In this document: positions 26,561 through 38,965 of the stretch, piece after piece
Layout of the letters: each line of letters begins with the position of its first letter
Numbering within the stretch: the stretch's first letter is position 1
Source: Octopus sinensis
Taxonomy: Eukaryota
Reading direction: 5' to 3'
Assembly: GCF_006345805.1 (NCBI RefSeq)
Contig: NC_043014.1
Location: 11,408,001-11,472,000 of the forward strand
DNA length: 64,000 nucleotides
The notes under the pieces: model-generated
What the model was told of the DNA's origin: nothing
Seen by the model: the letters and a program-made list of their open reading frames with translations, nothing else
Database searches by the model: none
Position numbers and translations under genes: made by a program

Positions 26561-27884
26561 ACATGTGCATGCATGCATGTGTGTGTGTGTGTGTGTGTGT
26601 GTGCATCTTGTCTGCAGTCCATTATGTAAGAATGTTCAGGCTGTTTGCTACATGATAGACTGTGACTTCACTTGGAATAAAATAAAGTTGGTGCCAGGAA
26701 GAGCAGTCAGTAATAAAAATAAAAGTTCCAGATCAACTTCTCCGAGTTCTGATCTTATTTCATTTGAAATCAGTTGTGCGGTTATCTAAATACAGTTGAA
26801 TGTCTTTCAGAGAAAAGGCACCAAAGACAGAGTCATTAATGACAACCCCATACGTTGTTTATCACAACTGAGATCAAATGAGATAAATATCTGCTGGCTC
26901 TATTGTTTTCACTGGCCAACTAGCTACTGATAAAAAAAAAACACAAGTTCTTGATGTGTTTACCAGAGATTTGAATGGGACATCAATCCTTGACAGGATG
27001 TCTTGTCATTTAATTATTTTTACATCTGAACAGTGAGGGCATGGAACCTAGTGGTTAGTATGCTGCATTCAGGATTGCAAGATCGTGGTTTCAATTCCCA
27101 GACGGGGCATTATGTTGTGTTTCTTGAGCAAAACACCACTTTGACATCTGAAATGTGGAGTTAATGTATAGAGCACAAACATTAGATCACTATAAACAAA
27201 TCATTTGGGTAGATTATTCAGTAAAAAATTGAGGAATCCTCATCAGTTGTCTACAACTGAAGAGTCCACATCTGTGAGTTTCATTCCTAGGTAGTGAGTT
27301 GGTGTTTGAGACTCTGCTAATATTCCTGCAACAAGATTATGCTGGTATGAAAACAGGTGGTCAAAACAGATGCTTACTATCAAAATAGATGGACTTGGCC
27401 TCAAGATATTCAAAGAATCTCTGACCATGTTGAGTTGATGGCTTCTAAATCTAGAGTATCTCACACTATGATAGAGATGTTTCACTTTTGACACATAATA
27501 CTCAAATAGTCTATGAGATAAGAGATTGCACTGTGCTCGCATTAGGCAAGAAGTTGATCTGAAAGCAGGTAAATTAGAAATATTGTTTTCATATTAATAT
27601 ATAAAACTGAATGTGTATCTGTCTGTGTGAATCCCTAAAACTCGAGAACTACACAAACGATTTCATTCAAATTTTACATATGCCTTACTAAGGGTACATG
27701 CAGTGTCCTGAGCCAAAATCTTGATGGCATCTAAATCTCAAGCACAAGGAATATCAGATAGAGAACTAAACAATAGAAATACTTTGTGATATAAATTCTT
27801 GTGAAAAGTCAAAGATTAAAATGAGCTTTTTTTTTTTTCTTAAATTAGTTTTTAAATATTAAATACTTCCCTTCATTGGACACT

Positions 27885-28404
27885 GCTTGCGAAGACCTGT
27901 TGAGGCAAGTGAAATCAGAATTGAAATCAAATTCGATGACTGGCATCTGTGCTAGTGGAGCACTAAGAGCACCATCCGAGTGTGATCATTGCCAGAGTGG
28001 CTAACTGGCGTTTGTGCCGGTGGCACATAAAAAGCACCATTCAAGTGTGATCGTTACCAGCATCGTCTTACTGGCACTTGTGCCGGTGTGCAGGTGACAC
28101 GTAAAAAAAAAAAAACACGATTCTCCGTGACAGTTGCCAGTACCGCCTGACTGGCCTTTGTGCCAGTGGCATGTAAAAACACCCACTACACACTCGGAGT
28201 GGTTGGCGTTAAGAAGGGCATCCAGCTGTAGAAGCTCTGCCAAATCAAGATTGGAGCCTGGTGCAGCCATCAGGAAAGGCATCAAGCTGTAGAAACTCTG
28301 CCGAATCAAGATTGGAGCCTGGTGCAGCCATCTGGTTTGCCAGTCCTCAATCAAATCGTCCAACCCATGCTATCATTGAAAGCGGACGTTAAACGATGAT
28401 GATG
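27885..28404 (+). mobile_element. Non-autonomous RTE-tailed element (family E) with internal 45-60-bp tandem units and a (GAT)n tail
   Basis: Tail ggcgttaggaagggcatccagctgtag...aacccatgctagcatggaaagcggacgttaaacgatgatgat. Copies at about 30590-30965-, 39000-39305+, 44900-45222+, 45540-45950+, 46424-46818-, 52755-53110+, 56000-56395-, 57260-57500- and 57612-57960+. Confidence 0.8.
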
Positions 28405-30976
28405 ACTGTATTAGCTAGCATACAAGACGTGTTTAATATATGTCTAAATGTACTCAAAAATTGCCACGTCTAATGCAGTTGTATTATGGATAGAAGAGTG
28501 TTGCAGGCTAGAGAGATGGATGATTATAAATCTAATAAGCACAATAATTGTTACTAAAGATAAACTATTGAAAACAAGCCAAAACAGTCTGTTAGCAGAC
28601 TGCTGGTATATCAGTGGTTACATGGTGAGGTCACATCATTGCATTATACTTCCTTCCTCAGCATACTTAACCTACGCTAGATATGTGTCTTATTTTATTT
28701 AGTGGAGGCGCAATGGCCCACTGGTTAGGGCAGCGGGCTCGTGGTCGTAGGATCGCAGTTTCGATTCCCAGTCCGGGCATTGTGAGTGTTTATTGAGCGA
28801 AAACACCTAAAGCTTCACGAGGCTCCTGCAGGGGGTGGTGGTGAACCCTGCTGTACTCTTTCACCACAACTTTCTCTCACTCTTTCTTCCTGTTTCTGTT
28901 GTACCTGTATTTCAAAGGGCCGGCCTTGTCACACTCTGTGTCATGCTGAATCTCCTCGAGAACTACGTTAAGGGTACACGTGTCTGTGGAGTGTTTAGCC
29001 ACTTGCACGTTAATTCCACGAGCAAGCTGTTCCGTTGATCGTATCAGCTGGGACCCTCATCGTCGTAACTGACGGAGTGCTCCTATTCCTATATTTTATT
29101 TAACAACTGTGTTACCTTTAAGAAATATCTTTTTTAATTATCTAAATGAAAGTTCTCCTGGAAGCATGAAAGGAATGTTAAACTTTCATCTGCCTGTCAG
29201 TTATTTGCAGCGGATAACAAAACCAAAGCAGAGGTGAACCACCCATGATGACCAATTGTGGTAACACAAAATATCAGAGTCAAAAATACAAGTTTCACAT
29301 TCTGTATAGTAAATTGTCTTAACTAAAATATAAACAGCTATATGGTTGATCTGAAAGATAAAATAGAAATATGATATTCATATAGGCGCAGGAGTGGCTG
29401 TGTGGTAAGTAGCTTGCTTACCAACCACATGGTTCTGGGTTCAGTCCCACTGTGTGGCACCTTAGGCAAGTGTCTTCTACTATAGCCTCAACAGGTCTTT
29501 GCAAGCAGAGTTTAGTGTCCAAAACCTCTGTTGGTAAGTTGGCAGTTTGGCAAAAAAGACTGATAGAATAAGTATTAAGATTACAAAGAGTAAGCACTGA
29601 GGTTAATTTGTTTGACTAAAGGTGGTGCTCCAGCATGGCCACAGTCAAATGACTGAAGCAAAAGCATGAGTTAATATTGCCTTGCCTTGATACCATGTCA
29701 TGAGATATATTTTATTGCCTGAAAAGAAGTGAACATAGGGGACAGGAAGAGCATCCAGCTGTAGAAAATCTGCTACAACAAAATTCCGTTAGATCCATGC
29801 AAGTATGAAAAAGTGGACGCTAAACTGATGATGATGATATATTCATAATTGATGTGCATTATAGGCACAGGTGTGGCAGAGTGGTAAGAAGTTTGCCTCC
29901 CAACCACATGGATCTTGGTTCAGTCCCATAACATGACACCTTGGGCATGTAGCCTCTACTATATCCCTGGAGCTGACCAATGCCTTGTGAGTGGATTTAG
30001 TAAACAGAAACTGAAAAAATCCTGTCGTGTGTGGATGTGTGTATGCATTTGTGTTTGTCTTTTACCACAGTTTGACAAATCAGGGTTGGTTTGCAGCTGG
30101 GGAGCTGCACCAGGTTCCAATCTGATTTGGCACGATTTCTACAGCTGGATGCCCTTCCTAACGCCAACCACTCCAAAAGTGTAGTGGGTGCTTTTTATGT
30201 GCTACCAGCATGGGTGCCATTGACATGACACCAGCATTGGCCACTACTACAATCTCACTTGGCTTGACAGGACTTCTTTCTCAAGCACAGTATATTGCCA
30301 AAGGTCTCTGTCACCTGTCACTACCTCCAGGAGGCCCAACGCTCGAAAAGTGTTTTTTATGTGCCACCAGCACAAGTGCCAGTCAGATGGCACTGGTATC
30401 GGCCATGACTACGATTTGATTTGGCTTGACAGGTCTTCTCGATCACAGCATATCACCCAATGTTTATACACATATTTATACACAATCATTTTTCTAATTA
30501 ATCAATCATTATCTCATATCTTTGAGATTTTGATTAAAGCATGTCAGTGTAAGGTCAGTGTGAGAGGCTGGATCTGGCCAGTTTCATCATCATCATCATC
30601 GTTTAACATCCGCTTTCCATGCTAGCATGGGTTGGACGATTTAACTGAACCAGATGGCTGCGCCAGGCTCCAATCTGATTCGGCAGAGTTTCTACAGCTG
30701 GATGCCCTTCCAAATGCCAACCACTCCAAGAGTGTAGTGGGTGCTTCTACGTGCCACCGGCACCAGGGCCAGTCAGGCTGTACTGGCAACAGCCATGCTC
30801 GAAATGGTGTTTTTTACGTGCCAGCGGCACTGGCAACGACCTCGCTCGAATGTTTTGTTGACGTGCCACCAGCACAAGTGCCAGTAAGGCGACGCTGGTA
30901 ACAATCATGCTCAAATGGTGCTTTTTATGTACCCACCGCACGGAAGCCAGGCAGCTGCTCTGGCAGTGATCCCAGT

Positions 30977-31205
30977 TTAACCCTTTGGTGTTTAAGCCGG
31001 CAATATCCGGCCCAAATATCCTACATGTTTTACATTCAAACTGGCCATATCCAGCCCCTCACACCTAACCTACATTGACATTCTAAGAATAAACTATCAC
31101 ACCATTGAAACTTCAAAGCTGTTAGATAATGTATGATTAATTGAAAATAATTTTAGTGAAAAAAGTATTACATTTAACAGATTAATCTGAACACTAAAGG
31201 GTTAA
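30977..31205. mobile_element. piggyBac-like MITE (TTAA target, CCCTTT/AAAGGG termini), family 1
   Basis: TTAACCCTTT ... AAAGGGTTAA. Partial relatives at about 6320-6520 and 48320-48423. Confidence 0.7.
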
Positions 31206-31499
31206 ACCTAAAAAACATGTAGAGAATATTTGGACCAGATATGGCTGAAGGGTTAAAACAAAATAACCTGAAAATTCAAGTAGACATACATACATACATA
31301 CATACATACATACATGCAAAATATAAAATCTTCTCTAATTAAAAAAATAATAAACCCAGATGAAGAGGATGTAACAATAGCATGAGTTTTAATTAAGGAT
31401 ATTAGCATTAGAAGATAATTGCAGTTTTATCTTTCCAATCCTAATCAATCCAAGATTCAATCAGAGTTCGAGTAATATTTAGAGTGTAGTTGTTCTTCC

Positions 31500-32072
31500 T
31501 TTTATTTCTCTTCTGTTCTTCAATCCATGTTTGCTGATAAACTATTAAAAAATACTGTATAAATAAAAAATATATATTCCTTACAGATATTGCCTTGTAC
31601 AAAATATATACATTATATTCTAATACTAAAAACAGCTATCAATTTACTAACCCAAAAGTAACTTACAAAAACTGTCTTCACTACAAAACAATTCTGGTCC
31701 ATTAAAGAATGTGTTTGGGTTAGTTGATAGAATTTCTTTTTTTTTTTCACAACTAGTAGCAAATTTATTGAAAGTGGGGGGTAATGGGGGGAAGGTTAGA
31801 GATGGTATTAGCAGTAGTATTAGCAGCAGCAATGGATCTTACATGTTTCAGATAAACAGTTGTCAAGATGTGTCTAAAAAAAAAAAAAAAAAAAAAAAAA
31901 ATCAAAAAAAAAGTGGGAATTTTTATTTCCAACTTCATTCTAGCCTCGAGAAAAAAAAGGTAGATAAAGTTTGGTGAGGGGGAGAGAAAAAAAAACAAAA
32001 ACAAATGTTCTGTTCATGCAATGTTCAAATATCACACAATAGAAGGAGCCACACACTTTGTTCGAGTATTCT
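31500..32072 (-). other. Probable 3' UTR of the NEURL2-like gene
   Basis: AU-rich sequence after the stop codon with a long poly-U tract (A run at about 31876-31900 on +) and several minus-strand AATAAA candidates (about 31922, 31764, 31501). The true 3' end is not determinable. Confidence 0.45.
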
Positions 32073-32188
32073 TCAGACTTCATATAACAGAAACTGCTTT
32101 AATTTGGTTGGTAATGGTAATATATCGATATCTTCTTTACGAACCATTTGTAAGATGATTTCACGACAAGCATTCTGTAATGATGTCA
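32073..32188 (-). CDS. NEURL2: NEURL2-like gene, terminal SOCS-box exon
   Basis: Acceptor gtttccttccAG at 32189. The phase-1 join gives V-TSLQNACREIILQMVRKEDIDILPLPTKLKQFLLYEV*, with a BC-box (SLQxxCR) and a cullin-box (LPLPxxL). The three-exon CDS totals 285 codons plus stop. Confidence 0.9.
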
Positions 32189-32738
32189 CTGGAAGGAAAC
32201 AAATATATAGGTATAAAAAATATATATAAAAATACAAAATGGGACAAGAACGCAAAACATCCAAATAGACGACACAAAAAATGGGTCATTCGAAGCCTCT
32301 AATCTTCAGTCAAGAACCGGATCATCTTCGCAATTTCGGCTGATTAATCTTGAGATCGCTCCGATTCGGCCAGCCCCAAGGAAAAACTAAGCTACGAGCA
32401 TTAGATTTCTTGGAAAAAGGATCAAATGTATATGAAACAAGGACAGAAAAACGGACGATGTTACACGAATATAAATACAAAAAAACAAAAGGTAATACGA
32501 ATATAAATACAAAATACAATAATAATAATAATAACAGGACAAAAACAACAGGCGTCTTTCGACTTTAGACAGTTCAACTTGTATGTATATAATTTAAAAA
32601 TACAAGAAAAACAAAGGGCTGACAAAAGAAAGAAAAAATAATAAAGAACATTTGAAAGCATTGGTTTTGTTACCTGATGCAAAGTTCCACTCTTGGTCCA
32701 AATTAGAATAAAAATTTTCACTTTCAAAGTTAAAGCTA

Positions 32739-32966
32739 TTTAACCCTTTCATGACCAACCCGGCTGAAACCGGTCTGGCTCTGTAGTACAAATGTCTTGT
32801 TTTCATAAGTTTTGAATTAAAATCTTCCACCAAACTTTAGTCACAATTTATGTTCCTAACACTAGCTGAATGGTAACTAAGTTATTTTACCAAATTCTTT
32901 GTTATATTTAAAATAATTAAAAGAAACACAGAGTATCTCAAAATAAAGACAATAACGAAAAGGTTA
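32739..32966. mobile_element. piggyBac-like MITE, family 2
   Basis: TTAACCCTTT ... AAAAGGTTAA; reverse complement of the units at 38230-38965. Confidence 0.7.
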
Positions 32967-33552
32967 AAGACAGGGATAGATGCAAACATGGCTGTGTGGT
33001 AAGAAGTCTGATTCCCAAGCACATGGTACTAGGTTCAGTTCCACTGCATGGCACCTTGGGGCAAATGCTTTCTACATTAGATTCAAGTCAACCAAAGATG
33101 GAAACTGAAAGAAACCTGAATGACATATTCATGTATGTGTGTGTGTGTGTGTAATCTTGTGTCTGGGTTTGTCCCCCACCACTTGACAACCAGTGTTGGT
33201 TTGTTTATGTTCCTGTAACTTAACAAATTTGTCAAAAGAAACCAATAGTACAAATACCAGACTTAAAAACAAAAATAAAAAATGATAAATACCGAGGCTG
33301 ATTTATTTGACTGGACCCTTCAAGGTGGTCCCCCAGGATGGTTGTAGTCCAATGACAAACAAATAAAAAGCAAAACAAAAAAATACTGAAAATAGGCGTA
33401 GGAGTGGCTGTGTGGTAAGTAGCTTGCTTACCAACCTCATGGTTCCGGGTTCATTCCCACTGCGTGGCACCTTGGGTAAGTGTCTTCTACTATAGCCTCG
33501 GGTCGACCAAAGCCTTGTGAGTGGATTTGGTGGACGGAAAGAAAGTAGCCCG

Positions 33553-33592
<40 letters not shown>

Positions 33593-33939
33593 ATGTATGT
33601 ATGTGTATATGTTTGAGTGTGTGTTTGTCTCCCCCCAACATTGCTTGACAACCGATGCTGGTGTGCCTAAGTCTCCGTAACTTAGCGGTTCGGCAAAAGA
33701 GAACCAATAGAATAAGTACTAGGCTTACAAAGAATAAGTCCTGGGGTCGATTTGCTCGACTAAAGGTGGTGCTCCAGCATGGCCACAGTCACATGACTGA
33801 AACAAGTAAAAGAGTAAAGAGTATAGGAACACCTTTCTTCTCACAACAAACCAACATTATCAAGTTTTAAACATCATTTACTGGACGTTGTTCCTATCAG
33901 AGACTACTCTGAATTACATCTTTTAAACTTTATGATTTA

Positions 33940-34337
33940 TCTATCTATATAAAGCTGAAGTTGTCTGTATATGGCAGGTTTGGTAGAATTCAACTAACAC
34001 TATCTCCTCCGAGACCCTGTGGTGCAAGTTGACAAAAATTGAGAGTATGATAGAAGAAGGCTTGCTCTTCCTTCCATAGAAGAAAAAATTCAAATCGGAC
34101 CATGTTAACACCAAAAATTATTTACATCAAAAAGGTACTTTTTTTTCTATGAAAATCCCTATTTTTTACAATTTTTTTTACTACTGTGTTGCCATTTTTC
34201 GGTGTATTTCAATCAGAAAAATGTTCACTTAAAGAGAATAACAAGCTGCATAATGCAAAATTTTTACTTTTCAAACATTCAAATTCTAAAGGGTCGAAAA
34301 GAAAAGAAACCCAAGCAATGCCGGGCAATACTGCTAG
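33940..34337 (+). mobile_element. Non-autonomous Helitron
   Basis: 5' TC start, 3' GC-rich subterminal segment then CTAG, inserted between A and T, no TSD. Confidence 0.6.
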
Positions 34338-34609
34338 TAAATAGATATGAGCACTTTAAAAACACCATTATTTAGAGTGTCGTCTGAATTATAGCTGGGA
34401 AAAGAAAAAAATATGAAGCATCATTAAATTCAAATACATAAATATATAAACGCAGGAGTGGCTGTGTGGTAAGTAGCTTGCTAACCAACCACATGGTTCC
34501 AGGTTCAGTCCCACTGTGTGGCATCTTGGGCAAGTGTCTTCTGCTATAGCCCCGGGCCGACCAATGCCTTGTGAGTGGATTTGGTAAACGGAAACTGAAA
34601 GAAGCCCGT

Positions 34610-34641
<32 letters not shown>

Positions 34642-35437
34642 AGTGTGTGTGTATATGTTTGTGTGTCTGTGTTTGTCCCCCTAGCATTGCTTGACAACCG
34701 ATGCTGGTGTGTTTATGTCCCCGTCACTCTGCGGTTCGGCAAAAGAGACCGATAGAATAAGTATTGGGCTTACAAAGAATAAGTCCCGGGGTCGATTTGC
34801 TCGACTAAAGGCGGTGCTCCAGCATGGCCGCAGTCAAATGACTGAAACAAGTAAAAGAGTAAACAAGGAAAAACTATAAAAATCAGCTGATAAAATAAAT
34901 AATATACTAAAGTCTTAATTAATATACAATAGTAAATAGTGTGCAGATTGTCCAGCATTAATCTGACAACCACTAATCCAGTTCCATCCCTAATCCAACA
35001 CAAATTTCAGCTGACCTAATTTTAATCTCAAATTTTCCAGGTTGCTGCATCAACTTGCGATTAATGCACACATTGTGTTCCAGTCAATTTGATCAATTGA
35101 ACAGCCTGCTTGTAAAAATTAATGTGCAAGCGGCTGAGCACTCTACTACAAACACGCGTACCCTTAAGGCAAGACTAACACCTCAGGTGTAGGAAAAGAC
35201 TCCTAAATTGAAGATGTTCTCACGCAGCAGGAATAAAACCTAGGCAAACCAAACATGGCATACATCAAGAACAGAGTTCTATCAAAGGGTTAACAAAGGT
35301 GCAGGAGTGGCTGCATGGTAAGTAGCTTGCTTACCAACTACATGGTTCCGGGTTCAGTCCCACTGACCCCAAAACCATGTGGTTGGGTAACAGGCTTCTT
35401 ACCAGACAGCCACTCCTGCAAGCATGCATGTATATAC

Positions 35438-35469
<32 letters not shown>

Positions 35470-36814
35470 TATAAAATAAATCCTAAAATAATCTTTAGAA
35501 CAAAGTTTTGTTAAAGCTGTTTTAGAGATATTAGATATAGGTGTAGGAGTGGCTGTTTGGTAAGTAGCTTGCAAACCAACCACATGGTTCCGGGTTCAGT
35601 CCCACTGCGTGGCACCTTGGGCAAGTGTCTTCTACTATAGCCTAGAGCCGACCAAAATACATATTCAAATTTCCACATTCTCTAGTCATGACCTAATTAC
35701 ATATTCAAAATGACCGACAAGGCAAACATACCCTTATTTTAGGTCAATTTTTCAACCAAACAAAGATAATATGCTCTAACTTGGAATGCCAACAGATTGG
35801 GGCACAGACTAGATGCTGAATCAAAGACATAAATGATGTTGGCCAAGATTTCGTTACGGGGTTGCTCATAGCCATAAGCAGCAGTTCAAGCGTTTTTGAC
35901 CCCTGGGTAGTAGCATTCAAGTGTCTCTGGAAGATGAACAAATGAAGTTTATCTAATCACACTAGAACAGCATCTAGGCAAGTATCAAGGTAATACACAT
36001 GCAAAATTTCAGCCTATTACATAAATTATTCTTGGAGATATCAAAACTTAAAGATTGCTGCACATAATCAGAAATGTCAATTTGAGAAAAACGCAAAAAA
36101 CCGCTGGAAATGGTCAACTTTACAACAAAGCCTGATTAACACAAGGATAATTCTTTTATTTTTTACTTGTTTCAGTCATTTGACTGTGGCCATGCTGGAG
36201 CACTGCCTTTAGTCAAACAAATCAAACCCAGGACTTATTCTTTGTAAACCTAGTACTTATTCTATCGGTCTCTTTTGCCAAACCACTAAGTTACGGGGAT
36301 GTAAACACACCAGCATCGGTTGTCAAGCAATGTTGGGGGGACAAACACAGACACACAAACATATACATATATACGACGGGCTTCTTTCAGTTTCCATCTA
36401 CCACATGCATTCACAAGGCTTTGGTCGGCCCGAGGCTATAGTAGAAGACATTTGCTGGAGCACTGCCTTTAGTCAAACAAATCAAACCCAGGACTTATTC
36501 TTTGTAAACCTAGTACTTATTCTTTCGGTCTCTTTTGCCGAACCGCTAAGTGACGGAGACGTAAACACACAACACTGGCTGTCAAGCGATAGTGAGGAGA
36601 CAAACACAGACACATACATACATATGACTCTTTGACTTGTTTCTGTCATTTGACTGTGGCCATGCTGGAGCACCGCCTTTAGTCGAGCAAATCGACCCCG
36701 GGACTTATTCTTTGTAAGCACAGTACTTATTCTATCGGTCTCTTTTGCCGAACCGCTAAGTGACGGGGACGTAAACACACCAGCATCGGTTGTCAAGCAA
36801 TGCTAGTGGGACAA

Positions 36815-36849
<35 letters not shown>

Positions 36850-37159
36850 CATATATACGACAGGCTTCTTTCAGTTTCCGTCTACCAAATCCACTCACAA
36901 GGCATTAGTCGGCCCGGGTCTATAGCAGAAGACACTTGCCCAAGATGCCACGCAGTGGGACTGAACCCAGAACCATGTGGTTGGTTAGCAAGCTACTTAC
37001 CACACAGCCACTCCTGCGCCTATATATATATTTTAAATTAATAATAGAAGGGTAAAATTAATTAATCAAATTAATTAATTAATTAATTAATCAATTAATT
37101 AACTATTTTACCAAGTAGATCGGTACGTTAAAATAACCGTTATAGGTAAAATTATCCAC

Positions 37160-37340
37160 ATAATTATAATTAGGGTCCAGTCAACTGCTTCACCACAAAC
37201 TGAAATTAGAAATAGGGGTTGAAAATTCCTTTTCTGCTAATATATAAGAAATTCTTATAGTAGCAGAAAAAGAATTTTTAATTCCTATTTCTAATTTTGG
37301 TATGTGGTGAAGCAGTTAGCTGAACCCTAATTATAATTAT
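37160..37340. mobile_element. Foldback/MITE with about 88-bp imperfect inverted arms
   Basis: ataattataattagggtccag...ctgcta versus tagcag...gctgaaccctaattataattat. Confidence 0.7.
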
Positions 37341-37761
37341 GTACATATATATATACTCTTTTACTTGTTTCAGTCATTTGACTGCGACCATGCTGGAGCA
37401 CCGCCTTTAATCGAGAAACTCGACCCCAGGACTTATTCTTTTGTAAGCCCAGTACTTATTCCATCGTTCTCTTTTGCCGAACCGCTAAGTGACGGAGACG
37501 CAAACACACCAGCATCGGTTGTCAAGCAATGCAAGGGGGACAAACACACACACACAAATATATATATATACATATATATGACAGGCTTCTTTCAGTTTCC
37601 GTCTACCAAATCCACTCACAAGGCATTGGTCGGCCCGGGGCTATAGCGGAAGACACTTGCCCAAGATGCCACGCAGTGGGACTGAACCCGGAACCATGTG
37701 GTTGGTTAGCAAGCTACTTACCACACAGCCACTCCTGCACCTAATATATATTATATATATA

Positions 37762-37794
<33 letters not shown>

Positions 37795-38229
37795 CATGAC
37801 AGAATATCCACATTTTAGTGAAATATTTGCAGTTTTGCACAGTCTAATAACACCCAGAGGCATATCCTTTGCTATTTTTCTGAGATTTTGCAATCTGAAA
37901 TCCGAGGTGTTAGTCTTACCTTAACGTAGTTCTCTGGGAGCTTCAGCAAGAGACAGAGTGTAACAAGGCTGGACCTTTGAATTACAGGTATAATTCAATT
38001 TTGCCAGCTGAGTGGACTGGAGCAACGTGAAATAAAGTGTCTTGCTCAAGGACTCAAAAGGTCATCAAGAATTGATCTCATGACCTTATGATTGTAAACC
38101 AAATACCCTGACCACTAAGCCAGATGCTTTTGTGGAGTACTCAGCCACTTGTATGTTAATTTCGCAAGCAGCCTGTTCTGTTGATCGGACCAACTGGATC
38201 CTTTGCTGTTGTAACCAAAGGGGAGCTAG

Positions 38230-38965
38230 TTAACCCTTTCATTACTGTATTTATTTTAAGATGCTCTGTGTTTCTTTCTATTAATGTAAAATATAACAAA
38301 GAATTTAGTAAAATAACTTAGTTAGCATTCAGTTAATGTTAGAAACATAAATTGTGACTAAAGTTTGGTGGAAGATTTTAATTCAGAACTTATGAAAACA
38401 AAACATTTGCACTCAGAGCCAGAGGTAGTTTCAGCCAGGTTGGTATCGAAAGGGTTAAGAATGGTTTCTCTATTATATATATTTTAACCCTTTTGTGACC
38501 ATATTTCTGTTGAGATGCTCTGGGTTTCTTTCAATTATTTTAAATATAACAAAGAATTTAGTAAAATAACTTAGTTATCATTAAGCTAGTGTTAGAAACA
38601 TAAATTGTGACTAAGGTTTGATGGAACATTTTAATTCAGAACTTATGAAAACAAAACATTTGTACTACAGAGCCAGAGGTGTATTCAGCCAGGTTGGTAT
38701 CGAAAGGGTTAAGAATGGTTTCTCTATTATATATATTTTAACCCTTTTGTTACCATATTTCTGTTGAGATGCTCTGGGTTTCTTTCAATTATTTTAAATA
38801 TAACAAAGAATTTAGTAAAATAACTTAGTTATCATTAAGCTAGTGTTAGGAACATAAATTGTGACTAAGGTTTGATGGAACATTTTAATTCAGAACTTAT
38901 GAAAACAAGACATTTTACCATAGAGCCAGAAGTGGTTTTGGCCGGGTTAGTAACAAAAGGGTTAA
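38230..38965. mobile_element. Array of three family-2 piggyBac-like MITEs (38230-38458, 38484-38712, 38738-38965)
   Basis: Each copy is bounded by TTAACCC/GGGTTAA and separated by the same 25-nt spacer; period 254 bp. Confidence 0.8.

Noticed and set aside
27885-28404. CRISPR-like or regularly interspaced array in family E tandem units
   Set aside because: Eukaryotic retroelement context; the units are degenerate tandem copies without unique spacers.
33303-37744. Recurrent 60-150-aa ORFs containing YQIHSQG..RPEA..EDTCPRCHAVGLNPEPCG or KNKSRGRFARLKAVLQHG
   Set aside because: They are open frames of the family A SINE consensus, recurring wherever the SINE does; not a gene family.
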